Notes: generated from the letters alone by a model not told the origin. A DNA stretch of 64,000 nt from Candidatus Latescibacterota bacterium (GCA_965208105.1 OZ242318.1:2144001-2208000); one strand, 5' to 3'. Counted from the stretch's first letter, positions 52,144 through 61,792 are shown. Made by a program: numbers and translations.

Positions 52144-52395
52144 ATGGCAAAAAAACGCAAAGTCTCCTATCGCTCTCAATTTGACGGACATCGCCGCCTC
52201 GCCGCGGCCGTGATCCTCCAGGCCATAAAGGACTCTTCCAGGGCCGATACCGACCAGGACCGCCAGACCGCGGTGGAATTTCTCGAGGGCGACATGTGGC
52301 CCTTCTCGGATATGCTCGACCTGCCCAACGACGGCAATGCCCTGCAGAATTATATCGACAGGCTGCGCAATATGTCCCCGCAAATGAGCCGATGA
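52144..52395 (+). CDS. Small hypothetical protein of phage-like type
   Basis: LAAAVILQAIKD...AVEFL motif; 83 aa. Confidence 0.6.
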   Translation: MAKKRKVSYRSQFDGHRRLAAAVILQAIKDSSRADTDQDRQTAVEFLEGDMWPFSDMLDLPNDGNALQNYIDRLRNMSPQMSR

Positions 52396-52412
52396 GCTGA
52401 TTGGCCGCGCGG

Positions 52413-52784
52413 CTACTTCCCGGTGAGGAAGTGGACCGCGAAGCCAACCATGCTGCCGACGGCGGCGCCGGCGGTCAGCACCAGACCGATCACCTTCCAC
52501 ATGGTTTCCACTTCCATCTTGTTGCCGAGCCCGGCTTCGAGGGCCTTGAGGTCCTCTGCCTGCCGGTGCAGGTCCTCCTGGACGCTGTGAACCAGCAGGT
52601 CCACTGTCTCCTTGTCCGATTTCTTCTCGATCTCGTGTTCGATCTTGTCGAGGAGAGCCTGAATCTCTCGGCGGTGATCCTCGAGGAGGCCGCGAAACTC
52701 GCCGCGCCAGGCTTCGAAGGTCCGCACCAGCAGGCGCTCGCTCTGGTCCCAGTCAAAGTGCTGTCCGGGATGCAGCTCATCCAT
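52413..52784 (-). CDS. Coiled-coil protein with C-terminal TM helix
   Basis: GAAGGAGG RBS, heptad region, hydrophobic tail WKVIGLVLTAGAAVGSMVGFAV. Confidence 0.7.
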   Translation of the reverse strand: MDELHPGQHFDWDQSERLLVRTFEAWRGEFRGLLEDHRREIQALLDKIEHEIEKKSDKETVDLLVHSVQEDLHRQAEDLKALEAGLGNKMEVETMWKVIGLVLTAGAAVGSMVGFAVHFLTGK

Positions 52785-53036
52785 GGGGAAGCCTCCTTCT
52801 CCATGCCGCGGACAAGAGATTTTGCAAGCGGTTGGTAACGGACCTTTCCATTTCCTAGAGTTCCTCCGTATTGTTTTGTTGCCGGAGCCGGACGAGATGA
52901 TCCCGGCGGCTGCTTCAGGTCGGGACGGAAACGGCGGGGCGGAAGTATTCCGGATCCACGCACCGGTCGGCGCTCGACCGGCGTCCCGCGGTTTCAACGG
53001 ATACTTACCGGAAATCAACCGGAAACGTCGGCCCTC

Positions 53037-53627
53037 TCACCCCAGGTACTCTTTCAGTCCCGCCTCTTCGCAGATCTTGCGCAGCTTCCTGATGGACTCG
53101 TAGAGGGTGCCGCGTGGAACGCCGGTGGCGCTGGAGATCTCGGAGACGGTTTCCGCCTCGAGACGCCGGCACAGTTCGCGCAGCTCGGGCGGCAGCGTTT
53201 CGAGGAGGGCGGCCACGTCGATGGCCAGGTCGCGCAACTCCTCTGCCGGACGCGACCGCGTTCCGGTGCGCAGCATGTAGTCGTCCTGGTCGATGGTCTC
53301 CTCCCGCTCGAGGGAACGGCCGTCGGCGTCCTCGATGCGGTCGTTCAGCGACCAGCGGCAGCGGCGGTAGTCCCGCATGGCGGCCTTCTGCGCCTCTATG
53401 AGGCTGGCGATCTTGTGCTCGACCACGCGGGCGATGAAGGTGTTGCGCCGGGCGCGCGCGGGGTCGTAGCGCGGCAGCCGGCGCCAGAGATCGAAAACCA
53501 GCTCCTGCTCCAGGTCGTCGCGGTCGGAGACGCGGAATCCGGCCTTCCCTGCCAGTTGTCCAGATTTGTACCTGATTAGCTGAACCGCATACTCGTCGAT
53601 GCCGCCGTCGCGCTCGTCGAAACCCAC
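53037..53627 (-). CDS. Sigma-70-family factor of mobile-element type
   Basis: DDLEQEL..YDPAR..TFIARVV, LPPELRELC..L..TVSEIS...GVPRGTLY; GGAGGAGG RBS before GTG 53627. Confidence 0.85.
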   Translation of the reverse strand: MGFDERDGGIDEYAVQLIRYKSGQLAGKAGFRVSDRDDLEQELVFDLWRRLPRYDPARARRNTFIARVVEHKIASLIEAQKAAMRDYRRCRWSLNDRIEDADGRSLEREETIDQDDYMLRTGTRSRPAEELRDLAIDVAALLETLPPELRELCRRLEAETVSEISSATGVPRGTLYESIRKLRKICEEAGLKEYLG

Positions 53628-53920
53628 TGATCCTCCTCCTCCGAGCCGAGATTTTGAGGCGAACCCGGCGAGGAGTCCTCCCCCCGAGCTCGCGCGGAAT
53701 ATCCTGGAGCCCCGATGCGGGGATGAAGCTCCCGGCCCGGGGTTCACTCTTTACTGGCGAAATTTCGACGAGAGGAGGCCGAGACTTCGGAGGGCGCGGC
53801 GCAAGGAAGGCTTAGCTTGGGGAAATCAGGCAGTTGTGTGGTCTACCTGGAAAAGAGATTTTTTTAAAATTCTTTCCACTTCCTCGGCGAAAATTCGCAG
53901 AGGAGGGTGGGAGGGGACTC

Positions 53921-53965
53921 GGCCCGGGACGAGGGAGCCGGCGCTGGTGCGCAACCGGCGCCTTG
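53921..53965. repeat. 45-bp conserved core, copy 1 (contains a hairpin)
   Basis: GGCCCGGGACGAGGGAGCCGGCGCTGGTGCGCAACCGGCGCCTTG, identical at 56703-56747. Confidence 0.93.
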
Positions 53966-54121
53966 CCATTTGAAGCCGTAGATGGGTAGGTTGGAAAGGA
54001 AGAAGTCTTTAATTTTGGCGTCCTGAGCACATGCGTATGGGAAAGGCGAGCGTAATCTATGCCACCAGTGCCAGGATTTTATTAATCAAGACTTGAAGCA
54101 AGTGTTTAGGAACACATCATC

Positions 54122-54985
54122 TTGATATTCTTACTTCTGCTACCTCTGTCTCTTTTTGCCCAGGAAGAGATTTCCGTTTCCCTGCCTGGAGGGGAGCCGC
54201 TGGTAATGATAAAAGTGGAGGCAGGAACATTCCTGATGGGAACAAGCTATAAGCAGATCGAGGCCTGGAGAAAGGATAACGCCGAACGGCGAAAAATCCA
54301 GCCTACCAGCGCTGTCACCATGCCGATAAGCGGTGAGTGGCCCCAGCATACAGTTACCATAACCGAGCCCTTCTATCTGGGAAAGCGGGAAGTGAGTAGA
54401 AGGCAGTGGTTTGCTGTTATGGACCCGAATAGAGAAGAAGAGGACATTGGGGAGCCTATGAGCCGGATAACTTGGGGAGAAGTGCAGGATTTCATTGCTT
54501 TGCTCAACGCCCGATCCGGCCGGTTTTTTCGACTTCCAACGGAAGCAGAATGGGAATATGCCGCACGTGCCGGAACCACTACCTGGTGGTGGATGGGCAA
54601 CGATGTCCGTGAAGCAGCTCGTATTATTCTTGGTCCTTCCATGCCTAATCCATGGGGTTTTCTTGGCATTAGTGGTGGGGTGTGGGAATACATGGAGGAT
54701 GGGAAGAGGGAATATGGGAATAGCGATGAAGTTGATCCGATGGGGCCTGATCCGCGTGAGGGCAGAGAAGTAGTGGTGAGAGGCGGAGACGATGGAGAAT
54801 ATTTCTCATTGACGGAATCCCCCCACTGGCCCCATTACTGCAGGTCTGCTTATCGGATGACCTGGAATGTAAACCATAGGGCCAGCTATGTCGGATTCAG
54901 ACTTGTCCTCGAAGGCGACTCGTCTACAAACTTGGGAGGGGCTCGGAGTTGGGGAGTAATAAAGAAGCAGCGAAGTTTGCCCTGA
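54122..54985 (+). CDS. Secreted FGE-sulfatase / C-type-lectin-fold protein with SWG tail
   Basis: [31 protein letters not shown]; tail RSWGVIKK; start uncertain (TTG, in-frame stop at 54107). Confidence 0.88.
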   Translation: MIFLLLLPLSLFAQEEISVSLPGGEPLVMIKVEAGTFLMGTSYKQIEAWRKDNAERRKIQPTSAVTMPISGEWPQHTVTITEPFYLGKREVSRRQWFAVMDPNREEEDIGEPMSRITWGEVQDFIALLNARSGRFFRLPTEAEWEYAARAGTTTWWWMGNDVREAARIILGPSMPNPWGFLGISGGVWEYMEDGKREYGNSDEVDPMGPDPREGREVVVRGGDDGEYFSLTESPHWPHYCRSAYRMTWNVNHRASYVGFRLVLEGDSSTNLGGARSWGVIKKQRSLP

Positions 54986-55156
54986 CTGGGAGTATTGGGA
55001 CTTACATCGAGAACTTGACAATCCGGATCGGGTCTCGGTAAATCAATGCCTAATGCGGTAGCAGCCGCAGAAGGCCGACACAGGAGGTCACATCTCCCAT
55101 GCCAAGACAACATACCCCCCTATCTACCCATTTCTGTGTGGTTTGACAAAGAAATG

Positions 55157-55196
55157 AAGACGCCAGCTCGTTTTTTGGATACGAGCTGGCGCCTTT
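55157..55196. terminator. Hairpin between convergent genes, probable terminator
   Basis: CGCCAGCTCGT / ACGAGCTGGCG stem. Confidence 0.6.
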
Positions 55197-55240
55197 GATA
55201 ATCGGGCTGTATAGTGGCTTTTCAGGGGCCTCCTTCCTGA

Positions 55241-56344
55241 TCAGGTGAGCGCCAGAGCGACCTCATCCATGTAGGAATTCTGCTCCTCTACGGTAATCCA
55301 ATCGTCCCCATCGTCTTCTCTATCGTCGCTGCGCCATTCGTTCCAGAAGGCGAAACTGTTCTGCCAGGGATCTCGAGCTGATCCGCCCGGATCCAGGCAG
55401 TTTTCGACACTGGATTGAATGCGATTGATACGCGCATTGATGCGATTTGCGGCAGGGCTATCCTCAATATCTTTGCTGCCCTGCTGGATCACAAAGAAAT
55501 ACTTCCTGTTCCCCTGATCAGCCGCCAGCCTGTTCCTCAGCGTATTGTCATACCCCTCCAAGTCCCAAGTGGCAATTTCTCTCACGGCGTTGGAGGCCGT
55601 TACCTGGTTGGTGCGAATGGTATATTCGGCGCCCGTTCCCACGTGGCTGTCTTCCCTGTGTGCAGGATAGATGATCAATGGGTGGCTGGTACCCAGCTTG
55701 CCAGCCAGGATATCCACCATACGTGCTTCTGCCTTGCACTGGAAATCCACGAAATGCCGATACAGCCGTCTCACATAGTCGTAAGGCGGAGTAGTGTAGG
55801 GATGGTCCACAGCAGGTCCGGTGCCGTTGTAGGCACTCAGCGGACTCGTTTTGCCCACACCGTCTAGATAGTTCCCCCACTCGGTCTGGTAGGTGGATTG
55901 CACAGCATCGTAGTCGCTCTGAGCATGGTCGTTTGCGTAGGCTGCCCACTTGCTGCCTTCTCTGAATATGCGCGGCTGGTACTCATGGTTCCAGCGCAAC
56001 CCCTTGAAGCGGCTGCCATAGGTGGACTTCGCATAGTTGAGCAGATCTCGCCAACCCGTATAGAACGCATGGTTGGGGTTGTCATACCAGGGATCCCGGT
56101 CAACCGACCCCCTGGCCCCGCTGTCGCTGTTACTGCCGCAACGCGAATCCCCCTGAAGATTAAGCGACAGCACGAAATCCAGGTTGGGATCAAAATGATC
56201 GTCCGGAGGTTGCAACGCCTGCCCTATCTTCGAGTTGGGAGTATCTGAATACATGTTCTCTAACTGCATGGTGTCAAAGCCAAAGTCGCCTGCATCGGCA
56301 CAGCCGATGTCTACCAGCAAACCACGGCCGTAGATGATTCTCAT
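55241..56344 (-). CDS. Hypothetical protein, possible GH-A clan TIM barrel
   Basis: AAGGAGG RBS before ATG 56344; LRWNHE and aromatic-rich pattern. Confidence 0.65.
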   Translation of the reverse strand: MRIIYGRGLLVDIGCADAGDFGFDTMQLENMYSDTPNSKIGQALQPPDDHFDPNLDFVLSLNLQGDSRCGSNSDSGARGSVDRDPWYDNPNHAFYTGWRDLLNYAKSTYGSRFKGLRWNHEYQPRIFREGSKWAAYANDHAQSDYDAVQSTYQTEWGNYLDGVGKTSPLSAYNGTGPAVDHPYTTPPYDYVRRLYRHFVDFQCKAEARMVDILAGKLGTSHPLIIYPAHREDSHVGTGAEYTIRTNQVTASNAVREIATWDLEGYDNTLRNRLAADQGNRKYFFVIQQGSKDIEDSPAANRINARINRIQSSVENCLDPGGSARDPWQNSFAFWNEWRSDDREDDGDDWITVEEQNSYMDEVALALT

Positions 56345-56493
56345 AAAAAGCCTCCTTTTGGAAATGGTGTGGTGGTTGTTCGAGTATGGTATACAATACT
56401 CCGGGACGAACCTCATCCGCGGGGTCGGGCCTTGCACGCTCCCGTCCCCTTCATCCATTACATACCGGAGAATGCCCGAAAACGTCGGCCCTC

Positions 56494-56575
56494 TCACTCC
56501 AGGCATTTCTTCAGTCCCGCCTCTTCGCAGGTCCCCGCAGTCTCTTGATCGACTCGCGGAAGGCGCGCGCAACGT
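56494..56575 (-). pseudogene. Degenerate 3' remnant of the sigma factor gene at 53037
   Basis: AACGTCGGCCCTCTCA..CAGG....TTCAGTCCCGCCTCTTCGCAG matches 53024-53073. Confidence 0.8.
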
Positions 56576-56702
56576 CCCTTGCGGCGGGAAGCATGGAGGG
56601 CCCGGGTCGGAGAAAGCCGGCAGTTGTTCCGTTTACCTGGGAAGGGATATTTCTATTTGGGGCGTCCCCGGCGAATACTCGCAGGGTAGGATGGGGGGAA
56701 TG

Positions 56703-56747
56703 GGCCCGGGACGAGGGAGCCGGCGCTGGTGCGCAACCGGCGCCTTG
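56703..56747. repeat. 45-bp conserved core, copy 2
   Basis: Identical to 53921-53965. Confidence 0.93.
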
Positions 56748-56789
56748 TCACATAAAGCCGTAGATGTGTAGATTCGAAAGGAAAAGCAA

Positions 56790-57812
56790 ATGATGAAATA
56801 CCTGATTCTCGTACTCGCGGCCGCTCTTGCGGACCCGCTTGAAGCCCAGGAAGAGTTCATGCTGGCCTACGCCTCTTGGAGAGAGGGTCCGGAGGGAAGG
56901 GTGTTAGAGCTCTACCTGATGCGGGGGGACGGCTCGCGCAAGACGCGCCTGACCTTCAACGAGGGGCCAGAGAGAGATCCGGCGTGGTCGCCGGACGGCC
57001 GCCACATCTACTACTGGTTCAATCATCGCTGGCCATCGAACGACTTGTCGGGCAAGATATTTCGCATGACCCTTCCGGACCGCTCCATCGAACGGATAAC
57101 CTTGGCGGAGGGCGACTGGGGCCGTCCCAGCGTCTCACCCGCCGGCGACAGGCTGGCCGTGACCTTCCATCCCTACGACTCTTTACCGCCGTATCAGCTT
57201 CTCTTCATCGATATCGCCAGCGGACTCGCCACGACTGTGTTCGATATCGGTCTCACCCCCGACGACAATGATTTCTACTTCTACACGCCCGAGTGGTCCG
57301 ATACAGCGCCCGCCTGGTCCCCCGACGGCGAGCGATTGGCTTTCTCCTCCAATCGAGGCGGCGACTATGAAATATTTGTCCTGCACCTGGAGACCGGAGA
57401 CCTGCTGCAGATCACCGACAACGATGGGGATGACTCGCATCCCGCCTGGTCCCCCGACGGCCGGCGAATCGCCTTCAGCTCCAACCGCGCGGGCACCTGG
57501 GAAATCTTCGTCATGAATGCGGACGGCAGCGCGCCGGTCCAACTGACCAACACCCCGGTTTCGAAAGGTTCTCCCGCCTGGTCTCCCGACGGCGCCTTCA
57601 TTGCCTACCACGGGGTCTCCGACGACACCGGCCGCCGCAATTTTGACATCTACGTGATGAACGCGGACGGCACTGACATCAGGCGTCTGACCACCAACCC
57701 ACTTGGCGACGGTGACCCTGCCTGGTCCCCCGTTCCCCTGCCCGAGTCGTTCCTGCCCTCGGCGGTGGAGGTCCAATCCTGGGGCGCGATCAAGAACGCC
57801 CGGCGGCGCTGA
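56790..57812 (+). CDS. Secreted TolB-like PD40 beta-propeller protein with SWG tail
   Basis: Signal peptide, repeated PAWSPDG, tail SAVEVQSWGAIKNARRR. Confidence 0.92.
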   Translation: MMKYLILVLAAALADPLEAQEEFMLAYASWREGPEGRVLELYLMRGDGSRKTRLTFNEGPERDPAWSPDGRHIYYWFNHRWPSNDLSGKIFRMTLPDRSIERITLAEGDWGRPSVSPAGDRLAVTFHPYDSLPPYQLLFIDIASGLATTVFDIGLTPDDNDFYFYTPEWSDTAPAWSPDGERLAFSSNRGGDYEIFVLHLETGDLLQITDNDGDDSHPAWSPDGRRIAFSSNRAGTWEIFVMNADGSAPVQLTNTPVSKGSPAWSPDGAFIAYHGVSDDTGRRNFDIYVMNADGTDIRRLTTNPLGDGDPAWSPVPLPESFLPSAVEVQSWGAIKNARRR

Positions 57813-58349
57813 GGCCGGGCAGGTTTCAACTGCAAGGGCAGTCCCGGAAAGAGCTGTCCGCTCCCGGGACCACCGTTCTGATTGCACCGATCCAGGATCA
57901 GAGACCACTTTCCCTGCACAAGAGTCGGGGCCGATTTCCTCGGAGAAGGTGGACGGAAGGTTCCTATCCGCCGCAGAGGAAGCGGTACAACCTCACCTCG
58001 CCCCGCTGCAATCCAAAGCTGCTCCCTTCCTCGTTGAAGGTCGCCCAGGACCCGTTCCGGGTCACCGGAACAATGCGGCCGGGCTCCGTGTTGTTCTCGG
58101 TGAAGTAGTCCGCGTAGCGGTTGTTGAGCACGATGAAATTCCCCGAACGATCGCCCAGGTTGCACTTGAACTTCACCTGCTTCGGGTAGGTATCGAGGGC
58201 AGCGGTGGAAGGGAGGAAAGTCGTGAATTGGGCATGAGACTGGGAAGTTGGGTCGTGGCCACCTCGGAGGTCGAGCCATAATGGAAAGGGCTTGAAACCT
58301 TCCCGGAGGTCTTGTAGGAATCTCGTCGATGCGTGCGAACTGTGAATTG

Positions 58350-58556
58350 TTACACCGCGTCCATCAACCAGATATTACTACAATACAAATTTGCAATTTT
58401 ACTGCCGTCGGGAGACCACGCAGGCCATCCTCCCCACCGACCATCTTTGAAAAGGTTCACCGGACTACCAGCTCCATCGGCATCGATCACCGAAAGTTCC
58501 TCCGGACACCTCCGGTTGTAGAGAATCCGGCTGCCGTCCGGCGACCACGGCCATCG
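58350..58556 (-). pseudogene. PD40/TolB repeat fragment without start codon
   Basis: Manual translation WPWSPDGSRILY...LSVIDADG...GWPAWSPDGSKIA...IWLMDAV*. Confidence 0.75.
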
Positions 58557-58565
58557 TCGGTGTCC

Positions 58566-58737
58566 TTACCCTAATTTTCGCCGATAGTTGGGGAGCCTTC
58601 CCGGTTCCTGGAAAAAAAGCAGCTTGAGCATCCCCCAACTTGAGGACCGCATACTGGTAGGACTATGGGGCCCAATGGGGATGAACTGAATCCATTTTTC
58701 GTAGTTTTCTTCCTTGACCTCTTCTATTATTTGGTCC
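58566..58737 (-). pseudogene. C-terminal remnant of an SWG-tailed protein cut by IS3
   Basis: ...PTSMRSSSWGMLK...; abuts the IS3 left end. Confidence 0.65.
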
Positions 58738-60003
58738 TGACCTTGCCCCCTTAAACGAGTCCAGGTACTGTGATAGTAACTGGACCATTTGAAGGAGGCA
58801 AGAATGGCAAGGAAGCGATTTACGACCGAGCAGATTATCACCAAGCTGCGGGAGGCGGAGGTGCGCTTGGCCCAAGGGAAAACGGTGGTCCAAGCGTGCA
58901 AGCAGATGGGGATCACCGAGCAGACTTACTATCGGTGGAGAAAGGAATATGGCGGCCTGAAGATGGATCAGGCCAAGCGTCTCAAGGCTCTGGAGAAGGA
59001 GAATGGGCGGTTGAAGAAGCTGGTGGCGGACCTGTCTTTGGACAACCAGATCCTGAAGGAAGTTTCATCGGGAAACTTCTAAGCCCGGCCAAGAGGAGGC
59101 GAGCCGTGACTTGGGTCCAAGATCGATGGGAACCTGGGCGCGTCTCCGAACGTCGGGCCTGCCGAGTGTTGGGACAGCCGCGATCTACGCAGCGAAGAGT
59201 CCGAGAGGTCCCCGAACAGGAGGCAAAACTGGTGGTCCGGATGGTGGAGCTGGCCAGCGAGTATGGCCGATACGGCTATCGCAGGATCACGGCCATGCTG
59301 CGTGGAGAGGGATGGGAGGTCAATCACAAGCGGGTGGAGAGACTCTGGAGGCAGGAAGGGCTGAAAGTCCCCAGCCGTCAGCCTAAGCGAAAGAGACTTT
59401 GGTTGACGGACGGCTCCTGTGTTCGCCTCCGACCGACCCACAGAAACCATGTGTGGAGCTATGATTTCCTTCATGATCGGACCGAGGACGGCCGGGCCTT
59501 TCGACTGTTGGCCATCCTCGATGAATACACCCGGGAATGTCTGGCGATGGATGTGGCCCGGCGGATGAGCCACCGGGATGTGATGGACCGGTTGGCCGAG
59601 CTGTTTATCGATCGGGGCGTACCGGAGTGTCTTCGTTCAGACAACGGCTCGGAGTTTACAGCTCAGGCGATCCGGGACTGGCTCAAGGCCATTGGGGTCA
59701 GGACGCTCTACATCGAGCCGGGCAGTCCTTGGGAGAATGGCTACGTGGAAAGTTTTAACGGAAAGCTCAGGGATGAGCTGCTCAACCGGGAGGTGTTTGA
59801 AACCCTGAGGGAAGCCCAGGTGCTGACCGAGAGATGGAGAGAGAGTATAACCAGATACGGCCTCACAGCGCATTGGCCTACCGGCCTCCAGCGCCGGAGG
59901 CCTTTCTGCCCAGGAGGCAGGCTGGGAATTCTCCCCTGCGGAATGGACCCATTATGGTTCCGGGACTAACTTAAAAACTGGCACCACTCTTGGGGGCAGG
60001 TCA
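58738..60003 (+). mobile_element. IS3-family element (IS407-like): orfA 58804-59082 and orfB via -1 frameshift; extra frameshift near 59840
   Basis: IRs TGACCTTGCCCCC / TGACCTGCCCCC; GGGAAAC slippery site; WSYDF, SDNGSEF, ESFNG; YNQIRPHS is out of frame. Confidence 0.93.
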
Positions 60004-60083
60004 GCAGTAACTATTAACTTTCTCTTTTGTATATCAATTTCTACTCTATTTATGGTTAGGTTTTCCAACCGTCTTTCATTCAT
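60004..60083 (-). pseudogene. N-terminal remnant of cassette ORF A, cut by IS3
   Basis: MNERRLENLTINRVEIDIQKRKLIVTA, paralog of 62256-62483. Confidence 0.85.
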
Positions 60084-60122
60084 TTCATTTCCTTCCGTAG
60101 AAATGTGATTGTGATTGATTAA

Positions 60123-60192
60123 ATGTGTCCCGGCCTCCTGAGTGGGAGATTCAGGCAACGGAGACCAAGCCGCCGCCTTAGCCGGGACACAT
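60123..60192 (-). ncRNA. Putative three-way-junction structured element, copy 1
   Basis: Closing stem ATGTGTCCCGGC/GCCGGGACACAT with two inner hairpins; related copy at 62171-62247. Confidence 0.55.
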
Positions 60193-61040
60193 CATTTTGT
60201 TTCCTTCTTGACCTTCCCCCAGCTTGTTTTCTCGATGGCGGTTGAGTTATCTTCCTCAAGTAGCATCCTGAATCCGAAATATGGCAAGGTAAATTTTGTC
60301 GGTGGGGCCATCCGATATGCAGAGCGGGTGTACCAGGGATGAGTAGGCCATTCAACAAGGTATCCATAGCCTCCATCGTCTCCGCCGCGCAGCAAAACCC
60401 GGCCTCCTGGCTTGGGACTATAGGGGTTGGTTGGATCTATTAAAGGCTGATCTTTATAATCTCTTTGGTCATCACTGGTGAATTCCATTACACCTGCATT
60501 CATATTATATAATCCCCACGGGTTGGGGAAGAGCTGCCAATTTTTCTCGATCCATTTATCGCCAAACCACCACAAGGTAGTAGTCCCGGCCCGCGCGGCA
60601 TATTCCCATTCGGCTTCTGTAGGCAAGCGGAAAGTTAGATCGGTTTGGTCGTTCAAGCGGTCTAAATATTCCTCAATATCAAAAATTGTGATATCATTTA
60701 TAAAGTGTTCAGGTTTTTCTACTTCTTGGTCTGGGTCCATGATAGAAAACCATTGACCTTTATTCACTTCTCTTTTGCCCAGATAAAAGCCCTTGGTTAT
60801 AGTTACTCGATGCTGCGGGAATTCTAAAGAATAAGGAATGGCGGCGAAGCTGAGGGGATGTTTATGAGAATTGTATTCGTCCCATTTCTCTTTCCATTCT
60901 ATGGGCGTTCCCATGAGAAATGTACCGGGTTCGATCCATATAAATTCCATAGACTCGCCCCCCGGTAGAGAGACAGTAATTTCTTCGGCATAGGTCCAGG
61001 CAGACCATGCCAGAAAAAGGACTACTATTGATTTTGTCAT
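60192..61040 (-). CDS. Secreted FGE-sulfatase / C-type-lectin-fold protein with SWG tail (cassette 1)
   Basis: Signal peptide [18 protein letters not shown]; [15 protein letters not shown]; tail [12 protein letters not shown]. Confidence 0.92.
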   Translation of the reverse strand: MTKSIVVLFLAWSAWTYAEEITVSLPGGESMEFIWIEPGTFLMGTPIEWKEKWDEYNSHKHPLSFAAIPYSLEFPQHRVTITKGFYLGKREVNKGQWFSIMDPDQEVEKPEHFINDITIFDIEEYLDRLNDQTDLTFRLPTEAEWEYAARAGTTTLWWFGDKWIEKNWQLFPNPWGLYNMNAGVMEFTSDDQRDYKDQPLIDPTNPYSPKPGGRVLLRGGDDGGYGYLVEWPTHPWYTRSAYRMAPPTKFTLPYFGFRMLLEEDNSTAIEKTSWGKVKKETK

Positions 61041-61336
61041 TTTGTTTTCTCCTTCTCTATCTTTTTTACCCTTCTGAGTATTTCGTCTAATCTTGCTACC
61101 ATATCGCCATATCTCTTTATCCTCCACACTCCCCGGATTCCGGTAGTCTCGATTAGTCCCTTTCCCCGTAGGCGAGAAAGTGCGGTAGTGATGGAGCAAT
61201 TAGGCCAATTTCCATTTATCCCGGCTTTTCTCCCGGTGGCCCGCTTGTTTTTCAATAGTGCCTGCTTGCGGAAATAGCCCTGTCCATTGGCTATTTTCTC
61301 GATATGCGCCATAACTGCATCTTCCAAAGAAGCCAC
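61037..61336 (-). CDS. Winged-helix protein (Mrr N-terminal-like), cassette 1
   Basis: [25 protein letters not shown]; AGGAG RBS; ATGA overlap with the FGE gene. Confidence 0.75.
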   Translation of the reverse strand: MASLEDAVMAHIEKIANGQGYFRKQALLKNKRATGRKAGINGNWPNCSITTALSRLRGKGLIETTGIRGVWRIKRYGDMVARLDEILRRVKKIEKEKTK

Positions 61337-61450
61337 TATACTTTCTCCTATGTATTTCCCTCACTTTCTGGTATCCCGGACCAAAGGGAAGGGCTATAAA
61401 TTAAATATCAGAAATTCCCCTGTTCTCCATATTTAAATTTTTCTATATTC

Positions 61451-61587
61451 AAAAGAGCCGGGAACCACGTGATAGCTCAGTGTCTTCGCTCGGGAGCGGT
61501 TGTTGCCTTTCAGCAACGTGCTACGGAAAAGCTCGCTCCTCCGCGGTAGCTACTAACGACAAAGAGCCGTGCGGTTCCCGGCTTTTT
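61451..61587. ncRNA. Putative 137-nt long hairpin element, copy 1
   Basis: AAAGAGCCGGGAACC/GGTTCCCGGCTTTTT closing stem; nested TAGCT/AGCTA, GGAGCG/CGCTCC and GTTGC/GCAAC pairs. Confidence 0.55.
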
Positions 61588-61629
61588 CTTCGGAATAAGA
61601 ACATACTGAATCAGATTAGAAAATCTAAT

Positions 61630-61666
61630 AAAAAAAGGCGCTACTTCTTTTATGAAGTAGCGCCTT
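61630..61666 (-). terminator. Intrinsic terminator
   Basis: GGCGCTACTTC/GAAGTAGCGCC stem followed by a T7 tract on the minus strand. Confidence 0.85.
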
Positions 61667-61690
61667 GTCTTTCTTGGGGTTCAGGCCCGG

Positions 61691-61792
61691 TTAGGTTAGT
61701 TCGTTCCTAACCCTGTTCATATAGGCCCTTTGCTCGGCAAGGGTGATCTCGGGATCTCCCCTTTTGTCGGGAATTACATAGGAAGGTTCCAT
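61691..61792 (-). CDS. Putative leaderless 33-aa small protein
   Basis: MEPSYVIPDKRGDPEITLAEQRAYMNRVRNELT; TGCTATAAT lies 7 nt before the ATG; terminator follows. Confidence 0.5.
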   Translation of the reverse strand: MEPSYVIPDKRGDPEITLAEQRAYMNRVRNELT

